Assembly: GCA_031835245.2 (NCBI GenBank)
Contig: JAVKOQ020000039.1
Coordinates: 124,001 to 188,000, forward strand
DNA length: 64,000 nt
DNA from: Balamuthia mandrillaris
Lineage: Eukaryota
Direction of reading: 5' to 3'
The position numbers were made by a program, and so were the translations under genes. The notes under the pieces are model-generated. The model saw only the letters and a program-made list of their open reading frames with translations. It was not told the DNA's origin and searched no databases. This document shows positions 1 to 10,766 of the stretch, one piece after another (position 1 is the stretch's first letter; each line of letters begins with the position of its first letter).

Positions 1-189
1 GCAATAGCTTCCGTAAGCGGCTACTCCTACACTTCTGTGAACTGGGACGGAAAACCTCCTATGGGGGACGGCAACACGGAGGACGGTGCCACTGATGGAG
101 ATGGAACCACGGATGGAAATGGAGACGGAGAGGAAGATGGTGGCTCTGCCTCTCAAGTTGCTTCTCTTGTGCTACAGGCACTCTTTTAA
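1..189 (+). CDS. 3' end of a gene entering from the left (Gly/Asp-rich linker, short hydrophobic C-terminus)
   Basis: Frame 1 is open from base 1: AIASVSGYSYTSVNWDGKPPMGDGNTEDG...SASQVASLVLQALF, TAA at 187-189. Confidence 0.5.
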   Translation, partial: AIASVSGYSYTSVNWDGKPPMGDGNTEDGATDGDGTTDGNGDGEEDGGSASQVASLVLQALF

Positions 190-386
190 CTGGTTGAGGC
201 TATCTCCGAAACGTACGCCCTCCGTTAAACTACAGGCATGTTTTCTTATGTTTCATATCTTTTGCATTATATGTTCAATTTGGGAGTAAAATTGGGAAGT
301 TTCCGTCTCATTATTATCGTGTCGTCATGACATAAATTAATTCACAGAATACAAAAGAAAAGAAAAGAAAGAGAAAGCAAAGAGAG

Positions 387-2635
387 ATGCCACGAAAGAA
401 ACGAGGAGGAGGTGCAAGTCGTAGTGGCAAAGGTGGGAGCGCAGCAAGAGGAGGTAGCAACGTAAGCAAAGCAGCCGATGCCTCTTCTTCTACCTCCTCG
501 CAAGGGACTCGCCTTGGTCCAAGAAGAGGAGGAGGTCCCCCACGAAGAGCTGGCGATCCTCGAGGCAGGTAACTATTCGCTCGCTCTCCTTTTTTTCTTC
601 TTCTGCTGCTGCTTGATTGATGTGGGCACCCACTCTTGTGTCTCTTTCTTTCTTTTCAAAACCAAAGTGCAGCAATTGCATTTGGGTGCGGCTATCACCA
701 GGTGAACCCGTTTGACAGAGGGGACCCTTATAATCCGGGCAACACCCTTGTTGGCTTTATTTGTAGGAAGGAAGGGCCGTTTGTTGGTTCACTGTACATC
801 ACTCAAGGTTTGCTTGATTGCTTTTTTTTGTTTCTCTTCTGCTTCTTCATTCCTTTCTTCTCTCTGCTTTCTTTCATCTTCTTTCTTCTCTCTTCTTCTC
901 TTGTTGATCTTCTTCTTTTTGTTCTTGTTGTTCTTCTTCCTCTTCTTGTTCTTGTTCTTCTTCTTCTTCTTCTTCTTCTTCTTCTTCTTCTTGTTCTGGT
1001 TCTTGTTCTGGTTCTTGTTCTTCTTGTTCTGGTTCTTGTTCTGGTTCTTCTTCTTCTTCTTCTTCTTCTTCTTCTTCTTCTTCTTCTTGCTCTTCTTCTT
1101 GTTCTTTTCCCTTGTTTTTTTCCTTCATTCGTCTTTCTTCTTTGAACTTATGCCTTCTTTGAAGTAAACTATGAAAAGTTGGACGAGCCTCAAGTCATTT
1201 ATGCCACACCAAAGTTGCTGTACCCTTATCGGAAAGAGGAGGACCATGTCTACAAGAACTTTGCGGTCAGTGTGGCGGCAAGCATGAGCCATTCTTACGA
1301 TGGCGAAGAGGAAGAAGAGGAAGAAAAGGAAAAAGAGAAAGATACAGATGAAGCAAATGGCCAGCCTTCATCCGTACTCACCTCTTTCTTCTTATCTAAC
1401 AAATGGAATGGGTAAATGGGTTATTCTATTTGTTCTTTTCCTCTTCTCCTCCTTCTCTCTCCTCTGCTTGTACTTCTTCCTCTTCTGCTTCTTCTTCTTC
1501 TTTTTCTTCTTTCTGCCTCTTCTTCTTCTTTGTCTTTTCGTTGCTCACCGATAAATGTTCAGCACGAATGTTCTTGTTTACAAATACACAGATAGAGAGG
1601 GTCAAGTTTACGTGAGCCTAAAATCCAAAGGATCGCCCTTCCTAACAAATGGCCACTATGGAAACTTTGAGGACCAAGTCAGAAAAGCTCCTGAATTAAA
1701 ACGACGACCTTCACAAAAGTCATTTAAACCAACCAGCAAAACCTTTCTGCCTTTTGATGATACGTTGCCAGAGTGCTTGCAACCTTTGTTGGATACTTCT
1801 GTACAGTCTATTTCTTTTGAACTCTGTGGTGACTTATGTACGTTCTCTCTCTCTCTCTCTTGTAGTTTTTCTTTGTTTGTTATCGCTTCTCTAAAACGCT
1901 CAACAACAGTGCCTCACCTGGTGAAATACAATTTTGCTATTGCGATGAAACCGTTGTTTGTAATCTACACGGATGGCTCCATATCGCCATATCAAGTGGC
2001 CGCCGACGGTCCTACGTCAGGTGAAAAAGACGACGAATGTTATGGACCAGAACAGTTTGAGCAAGAGCGGGTTGTGAAGATCTGCCAAACCTTCCAAGAA
2101 CGGGACTTCGAAGCCAACGAAAAATTCCGTGCAGATAAAGGTCTTCCTCATCGTTATGAGTATGTTATCTTCTTTTCCGCTTTTGCTTTCTTTCTTGTCG
2201 ATTCTTCCTTCTTTTTTTTTTTTTAATCATCATTGTTCACTGCAGGTATAACCACTTCATAAAAGAGGGAAGAGTGCTTTACTTGCTTGATGAACGAGGA
2301 AGAGTGCCGAAACGGAAACTCTACAAGGTTAAACCACGAGACATAGAAGAAGTGCACTGGTCCACTTTCGATGAAACTATGCAAGGCCGTGTTGACGAAG
2401 CCATTCAGAAGATCCTCCAACGAGAGAAAACACTTACAAAAGAAGCATTAATGGAAGGTTTGTTGCCTTTTCCCTTCTTTTTTTTCCTTTTATTATTTTA
2501 CATTAACTCTTTTTTTTTAAAAAAAAAACAGAACTGGACATGGGACCAAAAGAATGGAGTAGATTCGGTGGTCAAGTGTGGAAGTATGTGGAACAGCTCA
2601 AACGACAAGACGCTCTTCCATCTAAACGCAGCTAA
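387..2635 (+). CDS. ATP-dependent RNA ligase-like nucleotidyltransferase, about 7 exons
   Basis: Phase-compatible GT-AG splicing (e.g. introns 1412-1562, 1838-1909, 2160-2245, 2458-2531) gives the ligase motifs in order: YATPKLLYP, motif I SNKWNGTNV, SLKSKG, motif III SISFELCG, motif IV KEGRVLY, motif V LYKVKP. Basic Gly/Arg-rich N-terminus. Stop TAA 2633-2635. Confidence 0.7.
874..1110. repeat. Compound (TTC)n/(TTCTTG)n microsatellite inside an intron
   Basis: Directly visible tandem repeats; source of the poly-L/F/E ORFs in the track. Confidence 0.9.
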
Positions 2636-2691
2636 AGTTGATAAACATGATGAAGAAACGGCCGTTTGATCCTTTGGTTCTTTCATTTGGT

Positions 2692-4773
2692 TCATTCTTC
2701 TGTCATCATCTCGTTGATGCTCTTTTCTGGCCAACAATAGCACCGAGATAAGATGCCACCACACCGCAAGCCAGCAAACATGGTTGAGAACGCCTCTGGA
2801 TCCACTAAACCACTCGCCAGCACTTTTGGAGTGGCCTCACTCAACGCGTACATTCCTTCATCCAAGTTCACAGCAAGCAGAGCGGACCGAAGCGCATTTG
2901 TCGACAAAGGGAGTGAAGATTGTGCATTGTTGCTCTCCATAGCAGTCTTCTTTTTTTTGTTGTTCTTGCTGTTTGCAACCAAAGACGAAGTGGAATTATG
3001 AATGAGGAGGGCCTTGTGTAAAGGACACAAAGAGTTGCTGATGTGAGGTTTTCCAAAGTCGTTTGAAGGTCGATAATAAAGCATGCCACAGCATCCCCAA
3101 CAGCCCAAACGCCAGTTCCAAGATGGTTTCTGCTTGCCTGGTTGCTTTTGAACGACCAACAGGCAGGCATAGGTCCCGCTAGAGGATTGCTCCCACACTT
3201 TTGGCCAGTCTCTGCCATAGAAGAAACTGTTGTTGCGCTTGTTGATATTCTTCTTCCGAAAAGACTTTGAGTCCGCTGAACCTTTTTTTTTCTTCTTTCC
3301 CCGAGAGAACCAAGAACCCAGAAGCCCTTTTTTCTCTGGCTTCTCCTTCTCTATGTCCCCTTCATTGCTGGCTTCTTCTTTGCCAACATTTGCTCCGTCA
3401 TACAATCCTGACAGATGAGCCTTCAGTTCTTGCTCACGTGAAGGATTGATGGCAGGAAGATCCACCGTTACTGCGAACCAAACAGTTCCACGTATGAGCT
3501 TGTCCATCGCCTTTTGCATCGCTTCCAAATCCAGAGTAGATTGTGCGTCATTCGCATCGTCCTTACGTTTCTTCTTTTCATCTTGTTTTATCGCTGAAAC
3601 ATTAAACCAGCAACGTTTTTCCCAGTGCAGCTTCCCTGTGCTCTCATTCTCCAGAGGAAATAAGGCCTCTTTGTCAAGCGCCTGAGCCCGCAAGTCCAAC
3701 AAAGCCATATTACGTTCTCCTCCCGCCATCACATGAGCCACCACCACTTGCTTTTGGCCCTCACGCTTCGTTGCTTTCTTCTTGTTGCACTCCTGAAGAA
3801 AGACCTTCACTGCATCCCTGACTCGTTGCACCTGCGTCCATGTGAAACCCTTTTTGCTGCCGCTGTTGCATGAAGAAGATTTATGTTGCGTGAAGGTGCC
3901 TCCAGCGGACCCTGACGAAAAGAACCATCCTCCCTGCTCGCAACGAGAAAAGTCCATGCTGACCCCAAGAGCTTTATCCAAGGCAGCAGCCCAGGGTCCT
4001 ACATGAGAGCAATCCTCCAGCGGCCCGCTGATGTCATAACTGCAACAGGGTCTGGCTGGCTGAAAGGTAAACCAACAGTGGTGCCGGCTTTGTTGTTCTT
4101 CTTCAGAGTAGAAGGAAGGAGATGATGCTGAAGCAGATGGTGCATTTGTTTTATCTTCGCCATCGTCGTTTGTGGTAATGAGTTCCAACATGAAAGCCCA
4201 TCGCAAACGTGAGGCAGAGCAGCTCTCCTCGCGTTTGGCTTTGAGGTACCACCGCAAATGCGGAGGCGCCCGCTGCTCCGCTTCCTCACCTTCATCCCCT
4301 GTCTGCACAAAAGCCGCGGCCGCAAGCTCCAACAGCGAAGGGGGGCTTTGCCCCTTTGAGCTCGGCAAGAACGCAGCAAACGGCTCTGAGGGCGTTCCCT
4401 CTGGCGTCAGCCCCTTCAACCACTGCTCGCAAAAGGCGTCAAAGAAGCGGAGAAGGTCCTCTTCCTCCTGCCAGCCGCTCGCTCGCACGTCCAAAACGTT
4501 CGCCTCGGAACGTCCTCGCAGCAGGTCCAGCACTTCGGCCGCATCCTCGAAGGAAGCGGTCTGAGCCACCAGGTCCCTGCAGTGAAACCCTTGGGTGGCC
4601 GGTTGGGAGCGGATCCCTTCCACCCTCTCCTGCCAGACCTCCTCTGCGCTTCGCGGCTCGGGCAGCAGCTGCCAGTAGCAGGCCTGCTCCGCTCCGTCCG
4701 AGCCGCCCGGTCGGAGCGAGGAGAACGTTGGGGGGCCTAGCTGGTCGAACCGAGGCAGAGCATCCGATAACAT
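2692..4773 (-). CDS. Hypothetical protein, 693 aa, apparently intronless
   Basis: Long ATG-initiated ORF preceded by an AT-rich upstream region; no family motif recognised. Confidence 0.75.
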   Translation of the reverse strand: MLSDALPRFDQLGPPTFSSLRPGGSDGAEQACYWQLLPEPRSAEEVWQERVEGIRSQPATQGFHCRDLVAQTASFEDAAEVLDLLRGRSEANVLDVRASGWQEEEDLLRFFDAFCEQWLKGLTPEGTPSEPFAAFLPSSKGQSPPSLLELAAAAFVQTGDEGEEAEQRAPPHLRWYLKAKREESCSASRLRWAFMLELITTNDDGEDKTNAPSASASSPSFYSEEEQQSRHHCWFTFQPARPCCSYDISGPLEDCSHVGPWAAALDKALGVSMDFSRCEQGGWFFSSGSAGGTFTQHKSSSCNSGSKKGFTWTQVQRVRDAVKVFLQECNKKKATKREGQKQVVVAHVMAGGERNMALLDLRAQALDKEALFPLENESTGKLHWEKRCWFNVSAIKQDEKKKRKDDANDAQSTLDLEAMQKAMDKLIRGTVWFAVTVDLPAINPSREQELKAHLSGLYDGANVGKEEASNEGDIEKEKPEKKGLLGSWFSRGKKKKKGSADSKSFRKKNINKRNNSFFYGRDWPKVWEQSSSGTYACLLVVQKQPGKQKPSWNWRLGCWGCCGMLYYRPSNDFGKPHISNSLCPLHKALLIHNSTSSLVANSKNNKKKKTAMESNNAQSSLPLSTNALRSALLAVNLDEGMYALSEATPKVLASGLVDPEAFSTMFAGLRCGGILSRCYCWPEKSINEMMTEE

Positions 4774-4878
4774 AATATTTTCTGTTTTTTCTTTTATTTA
4801 TTTTTTTGGGTTTTATAAATTAATTTACAGATTTTTTAATTTTTATTTAATTTTTATTATTTTATTATTTTTAGTTTT

Positions 4879-5822
4879 TTATAAGTTGGCTTTGCTTTGT
4901 ACATTTGGAAGCATCTGTTTTTGTGTGTGTGCGTTAACCACGAAACAAGCTTGAAAGGAAAAGAAAGAGAAAAAAAAGAAAAAAAGAAAAAAAAGAAAAA
5001 GAAAAGAGAAAAAGAAAAAAAAGAAAAAAAAAGAAAAAAAAGAAAAGGAGAAAAGGAGGAAAAAGAAATAAAGGAATAAAGCAAAGGAAGGAATGACAAC
5101 AAACCAATTGAACAATCTCCTCGGCCATGAGGTCCAGCTTTTCCATGGGCAGAAAATGAGTGGCCTCCTCCACCGCTTGAATGCGGAAGGACTGGAGGTC
5201 GGGCGAACGACGGATGTTGTCCTCGATGTTGCGGAGGATGAGGTCAGCGGCTCTGGCGTTGTACACATCGGACGCTTTGCCATAGAGCAGCTTCACTCGC
5301 TTGGTCTTCACTTTGAACAAGTGGTAGTGTGCCCCTGCGTCGTCTTGGTTTTTGGTTGTGTTAAAAGAGTATAAGAAGAGTTGAAGTTGTGGAAGAGAAA
5401 GAAGGAAGAGAAGAAAGGATGAGAAGTAGCTCTACAGCAGAACATACCTGCTTTGAATGCAGCAGCCTCCAAAACAGGATCACAACGTAGCTTCCACACG
5501 GCCGCTTCTCCCTCCTTGCCATCAGAGCCGTTGCTCACACAGACCAAGCCACCACGAAGGTACTGCTCAAAGGCCTCCTCATGCCACGTGCTAAACATGT
5601 TGCTGCTGCCTTGCCGAAGGTAGTAATGCTCGCGAGCCTCCGCCAAGGAGCGGAAGCCGTTCCTCCGGCGCAGAGCGGCTTTGGCCAGCGGGTTCTCCCT
5701 TCGTCGCTGCAGCACCACTCTGGTTGGCATCACGATGGGCTCCACCAGCAGCAAACGCTCAAAGAGACCGCCTTCCTCGCTGCACAGAATCTGATCGACA
5801 TCCTAAGAAGAGAGAAGAGGGA

Positions 5823-5880
<58 letters not shown>

Positions 5881-6454
5881 GAGAGAGAGAGAGAGGTACC
5901 TCGGCCATGAGCAAAGAGGCTCCGCCCATGGAGTGGCCCACGCCATAGACAGCCGCTGCGTCCGAGGCACGCGGCACAAAGTGTCGCACCACGGCCGCCA
6001 CGTCCCGCCCAAAGTCCCACCACACCAACAACTCCGGGGCAAAAGGGTCCGACTCGCCGTGCCCCTCCAAGTCGATCGTGTGCAGCGAGAGGGTGGAGGC
6101 AGAGAAAGATGTTGTTCGGCCGTGAGGAGTTTTTTTCGATGTTGGTTGAGTTTGATGCTTTTGCAGGAGCAGGGAGAGAAGGCGATCGATGACGGGCAAC
6201 CAGACCTCCTTGCAGAGACCATTGCCATGCACCTTTTTTTTGTTTTGTTTTTTTGATGAAGAGATGAGCAAAAAAAAAAGGATCAGCGTTGAAAAAAAAA
6301 CGAAGAAGCGACGAACAAAGAAGATGTGAATCGGTTTCGTTTTGGTTTGGTTGGAGGTGGCGAAACCAACAAAAGGCAGTTCAATCGTTTGGGACAAGAC
6401 CGCCACCCGTTTCGCTGTGTGGGGCAACGCCACCCAGCTTCTCTTCCGCTCCAT
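4879..6454 (-). CDS. Alpha/beta-hydrolase fold protein, multi-exon; last exon uncertain
   Basis: HGNGLCKEVW oxyanion motif, IDLEGHGES, nucleophile elbow GVGHSMGG, LLLVEP, and C-terminal EEATHFLPME catalytic His. Confidence 0.8.
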
Positions 6455-6545
6455 GCCTGGGGAAAGGGGATCAGATCACGCGCTGCTCTCCTCTCCGTAA
6501 CACTTGGCTCTCTTCTCCTCTCTCCTCCGCTTCTGCTTTGTCCTG

Positions 6546-6656
6546 GCTCCTATCCTCTCTCTTGTCCTGGCTCCCCTTGTTCCGCTGGTCGCTCATGTCC
6601 TCGCTCCTATCCTCTCTCTTGTCCTGGCTCCCCTTGTTCCGCTGGTCGCTCATGTC
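6546..6656. repeat. Direct tandem repeat, 54-bp identical unit at 57-bp period
   Basis: gctcctatcctctctcttgtcctggctccccttgttccgctggtcgctcatgtc starts at 6546 and again at 6603. Confidence 0.85.
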
Positions 6657-6794
6657 TCTCGCTCATGTCTTTGCTCTTGTCCTCCGCTCATCTCGCACAA
6701 CTTCACTCCCAGATCATTTGGAACAGAGAGAGAGAAGAGAGAGAAGAGAGAGAAGCAACGCGGATTAAAGCCAAAATAATGAAAATGAGAAACT

Positions 6795-7125
6795 CTACAA
6801 AGGAGAATAGTCGTGTCGCCGCCTGACCCGCACCGTCAAGCAGATCAACACAGTCGAAACGGTGGCCAAGAGGATAACGGCCAGAGCCGCCCAAGCGATG
6901 ATGACAGCGGTTCTCCTCAACGAATCGTCCTTGGAGTTCGCAACGCACTTGGAGTGATCGGAGCTGGGTATCGGCTTGTTTCCTCTGCAGCGGGTGCACT
7001 GGGATGAGCCCTCCGGTGCCGCGCTACCGGCCTCGCATTGGGTGCAGTTTGTGGCTGTTGAGCTGTTTTTGTAAAATTGTGGAAAGAAGCGAAGTTTAGT
7101 TGCATGACTACATTTGGTAGAATAA

Positions 7126-7156
<31 letters not shown>

Positions 7157-8455
7157 GCATAAGGAAAAAAAACCACAAACCTATTGGAGAAAGAACCAGG
7201 CCAGCACAAAGTGCATTCAAAGAGGCCGTAGGCAGAGAAGGCGCCCTCTGCGCAGATGGAGTGGGGTTTAGGGGTGGGAGGCTGAGGCACGTCATCGAAG
7301 AAGCTGTTGTTGGCGACGCTGAATAAGTCGGAGATGTAAGGAGTGGCGGAGAGTGGAGGAGCGGAGATAGAGCTACTGTTGATGTTGGAGGAGGAGAAGA
7401 GGCAGAAGGTAAGGACCTGCGGAGGAATGGAGAAGATGGATTGAATGGGGGGATAGGAGATGAGGGGAGTAGCAAGGTTGGCGCGGAAGAGCAAGCCCGT
7501 CAAAGTGGAGGTGAAGTTGGCGGAAGAAACGGAGGCAGGAGGTTTGACGAGGGAGAGAGCGGCGGTGGTGTTCGGAGTGTTACCGGTGAAGTTGGAGTTG
7601 AGGAGGGAGATGGTGGGTGCTTGCAAGGTGACTTGTTTGCCGCTGCTGAAGAGGCAGTCATCAATTTTAACAGAGTTGTTCTGTATGTAGAGAAAATGTG
7701 AGTAAGAGAGAAGACGAGGGAAGAGTTAAAAAAGAGAAGAGACGAACCGTAGCGATGTTAAAGTATTGATGCTGCGACACTGCCACGTTATTGAGCTCGT
7801 ACTTAGCAAGAGCCACCCCCTTGAACGAGGTAGCCTCTTGCTGGAACACCTTGCCCGACAGCACGCTGTTCTGCAAACTAACCAAGCCTGCCGTCACGCC
7901 TCCTCCCACAACCACGTTAGCCAGGGCCAAGTTATCTCCTTTCACAGCGCTGGTCTTGGGCGAGAGGTTGTCCGTGGCCGCGATGGAGAGGTTCCTCGCC
8001 CAGAGGGAGGCCAACGTAAGGGTAGCGGGCTGCACCACCGGGCCGGTCACCACAGCCAGCTGAGTGATAACAGGGCAGGACTGCATGTCGCTGAAGGAGC
8101 AGGCCTCCGGCCCTTGCAGAGTGACAGGGAGGCCGGCTGGGTGATGAGCGGTGGTGAAGTTGAAGGTCTGCGGGTCCGTGTAGGCTCCCTCTGCCAGGCA
8201 GACCACCGCGTGGGACTCGGTTTGAAAAGCGGGGGCGCTGATGAGGGAGGCGGCGGCGGCGAGGGTCTTGAGGGCTTGCGCGGGGGAGCTGCCGTTGTTC
8301 TTGTCGCTGCCGTGCTGGCCGTCCACGTAGACGTTGCAGGGATCGGCCGCCGCGAGCGCACTGCTGGTGCACTGTTGGAGCACGCAACAGATCAGAGCAA
8401 AGAACGCCACCGCAGAGAGGAAGAGATTGGATCGTCGTCGTGTAGCGAAAGCCAT
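6795..8455 (-). CDS. Type I membrane surface protein, paralog A (signal peptide, beta-helix-like ectodomain, Cys-rich repeats, TM, YxxL tail)
   Basis: Signal peptide, CNVYVDGQHGSDKNNGSSPAQALKTL, CTLCWPGSFS/CTQCEAGS Cys-rich repeats, TM segment, tail RRRHDYSPL*. Confidence 0.75.
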
Positions 8456-8953
8456 TTCGAATCTGTTTTTTTTTTTTTTTTTCACTGCCACTTTTCGTTT
8501 TTTTTCAAAAAAAAAATCCGATGAGTTCAAGCACGAAAACAAAAAAAAAAAGGGGTTTGAAGAAACAACGAACGCGAGGTGTGATGACGACGAGGGGACT
8601 TTCGAATCTTCGAGGCCTTGACCCGCTCCTCCCCTTTAACTTTCTTCTTCTCTTCCAACAAGAGCAAGGAGGAAATGAAATGATGAAAAAGAGGAAGAGA
8701 AAAATACGAGGAAGAATATTATATGTCGACAATACTTGGCGGAAATCTATTTGGGTTTGTCGATAGGGGAGATTTTCTGTCGACCGCTAGAACGGGTGTC
8801 TCGCGGACAATTATTGTCGTTGATTAGGATAGAATTTGGGAGGGATCCGATAATAATTCTATTCCACGCAACGAAGAAAGAAGTTTGGTGGAGGAAAGAG
8901 GAAAGCAAACCGCATTGGTTTTTTTTTTTTTGAGCAAGCTGACAAGAGGCGTT

Positions 8954-10527
8954 CTACAAAGGCTGGTATTCCTCCCTCTTCCGGATACGAATAACGTAGA
9001 AGCCGATCAAACCAGCCACGCCCATCAACACCACAAAGCCCAACAGCACCGCCACCACGATGATCACCGTCTTCTTCTTCATGGAATCATCATCGTCCTC
9101 CTCTTTCTGGCAAAGCGTTCTCGCCCCGTTGGCCTCCTGGCCCTTGGGACAAGGGTCGCAGGCGGCGGCGCCTTGCTCGGGCGCCACGGTGTTGACGGGG
9201 CAATCGAAGCACTGCACGGCACCAGCGGAGGCGGCGTACTGGCCGGCGGCGCAAGGCAGGCAGCTCTCCATGCCGGTCTCGTTGGCGAAGGTGCCGGGGG
9301 TGCAGAGCTGGCAGCGGAAGAGGCCGAACCAGGAGACGACGCCCTTGCCGCACTGAGGGGGCTTCACGTTGGGGGCGTGGCTCACGTTGCTCACGTGGAA
9401 CAAGGTGTGGTTGTACTCGGTGTTGGCGAGGGGAGGAGGGAACTCCTCGCGGCTGCTGGGGTTCTTGCCAAAGTAACAGCCCTTGATGAGGGTCTTCTCG
9501 TGCTTGTGCAGCTTGTCGCCGCTGGGGTAGAGGATGAGGGGGGTGGCAAGGTTGTCCTCGAAGCTGAGGCCCTCCAGCTTGGACGCGAAGTTCTTGAACT
9601 CGGGGTAAGGGTGAAGGAAGAGCACCGCGCTGTCGTTGGGCTTGTTGCCGGTGAAGGTGCAGTTGAGGAGGTCCACTCTGGGGCCGTGAGCAGCGAGGGT
9701 CTTACCCTTGATGAAGAAGGCATCTTCTATTTGGATAGCTGTTTCCTGTTTGCTCACTTGTGAGACAACCAACACAAAAGAAAGGAAGGAAGGAAAGAAC
9801 TTACGGAAATGAAGGAAACCAGGTCATGTTCCTCAACGATCGCTTTCTTCAACACTTGCTTGGCGGGCGACATGTCGCTCAGCGTGCTCTGCTTGGCCAC
9901 GGACTTGATGCCCAGCTCCCTGAAGGGGCGAGGGGTCAAGACCAGATCAACCCACTCCACCACCTCCGTGGCGGCAGCTCCCAGCGAGGCCGTCACCGCG
10001 GTGAGGTGCTTGGCTTGGAAGTGGGTGAGGCGCGGCTTCTTGTCGCCTTCGGTTTGGGCGACGGCCAGGTCGCCCACCCAGAGGGTGTCCAGGGTGAGGG
10101 CGGAGGGGTGGGCCGGCTCTCCGGGGTTGATGGAGAGGCTCAGCAGGATGGCGCAGGTCTCTGCGGGGTGGTCGTAGGAGCAAGGGGAGGAGGGGGCGTA
10201 GGTGCGGAGGTGAATAGGGAGCTGCTTCTTGTGGTGCTCCTTCCAGGTCATGTTGAAGTATTGCGGGTCATTGTAGATGCCGGGGGCCAGGCAGACCACG
10301 GCCTCGGCGTGAGGGAACTCCGCGGAGGAGAGGAGCTCGGCGGCGGCGTTCACGGTCTTGAAGGCGGAGGAAGGGGCGGTGCCGTTGTTCTTGTCGTCGC
10401 CGTTCTTGTCGTCGACGTAGAGGTTGCAGTCAGCGGCGGCCGCCACAAGGCTGGCCTTGAAGAGCAAGGCCAGCAGCACCACCGAGAGCAAAGCCAGTGC
10501 GCCACAGTTGCCGGTACCACTTCCCAT
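8954..10527 (-). CDS. Type I membrane surface protein, paralog B
   Basis: Signal peptide, CNLYVDDKNGDDKNNGTAPSSAFKTV, CQLCTPGTF/CLPCAAGQY/CFDCPVNT repeats, TM, tail RKREEYQPL*; one intron near 9760-9803. Confidence 0.8.
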
Positions 10528-10766
10528 TGCCTTTGCTGTTTTTTGCTGTTCGTGAACCTCTCTCTCCGGTCTACAAAAGAAACGAAGAAAAAAAAAACGA
10601 GGGAAACGAGAATGACAAAAACAAAAGAAACCCTTTATTGCCCTATTTTAATCTGCGAGGGTTCCGGTAACTTAATTAAATCCGGCGTCACCCGATTGGC
10701 TCATTTTAAAAATTTCCAAGAAAAGCAATTTAAGAGATCGCCGAAACAAAAGAAAGCAAAAAAAAA

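Noticed and set aside
636..1167. Poly-Leu, poly-Phe, poly-Glu and poly-Ser ORFs here and near 11200, 28700, 30000, 43700 and 48750
   Set aside because: Translations of intronic or intergenic microsatellites that lack stop codons.
6546..6656. Tandem repeats (also 49726-49815) as CRISPR arrays
   Set aside because: No unique spacers, few copies, eukaryotic context, no cas genes.
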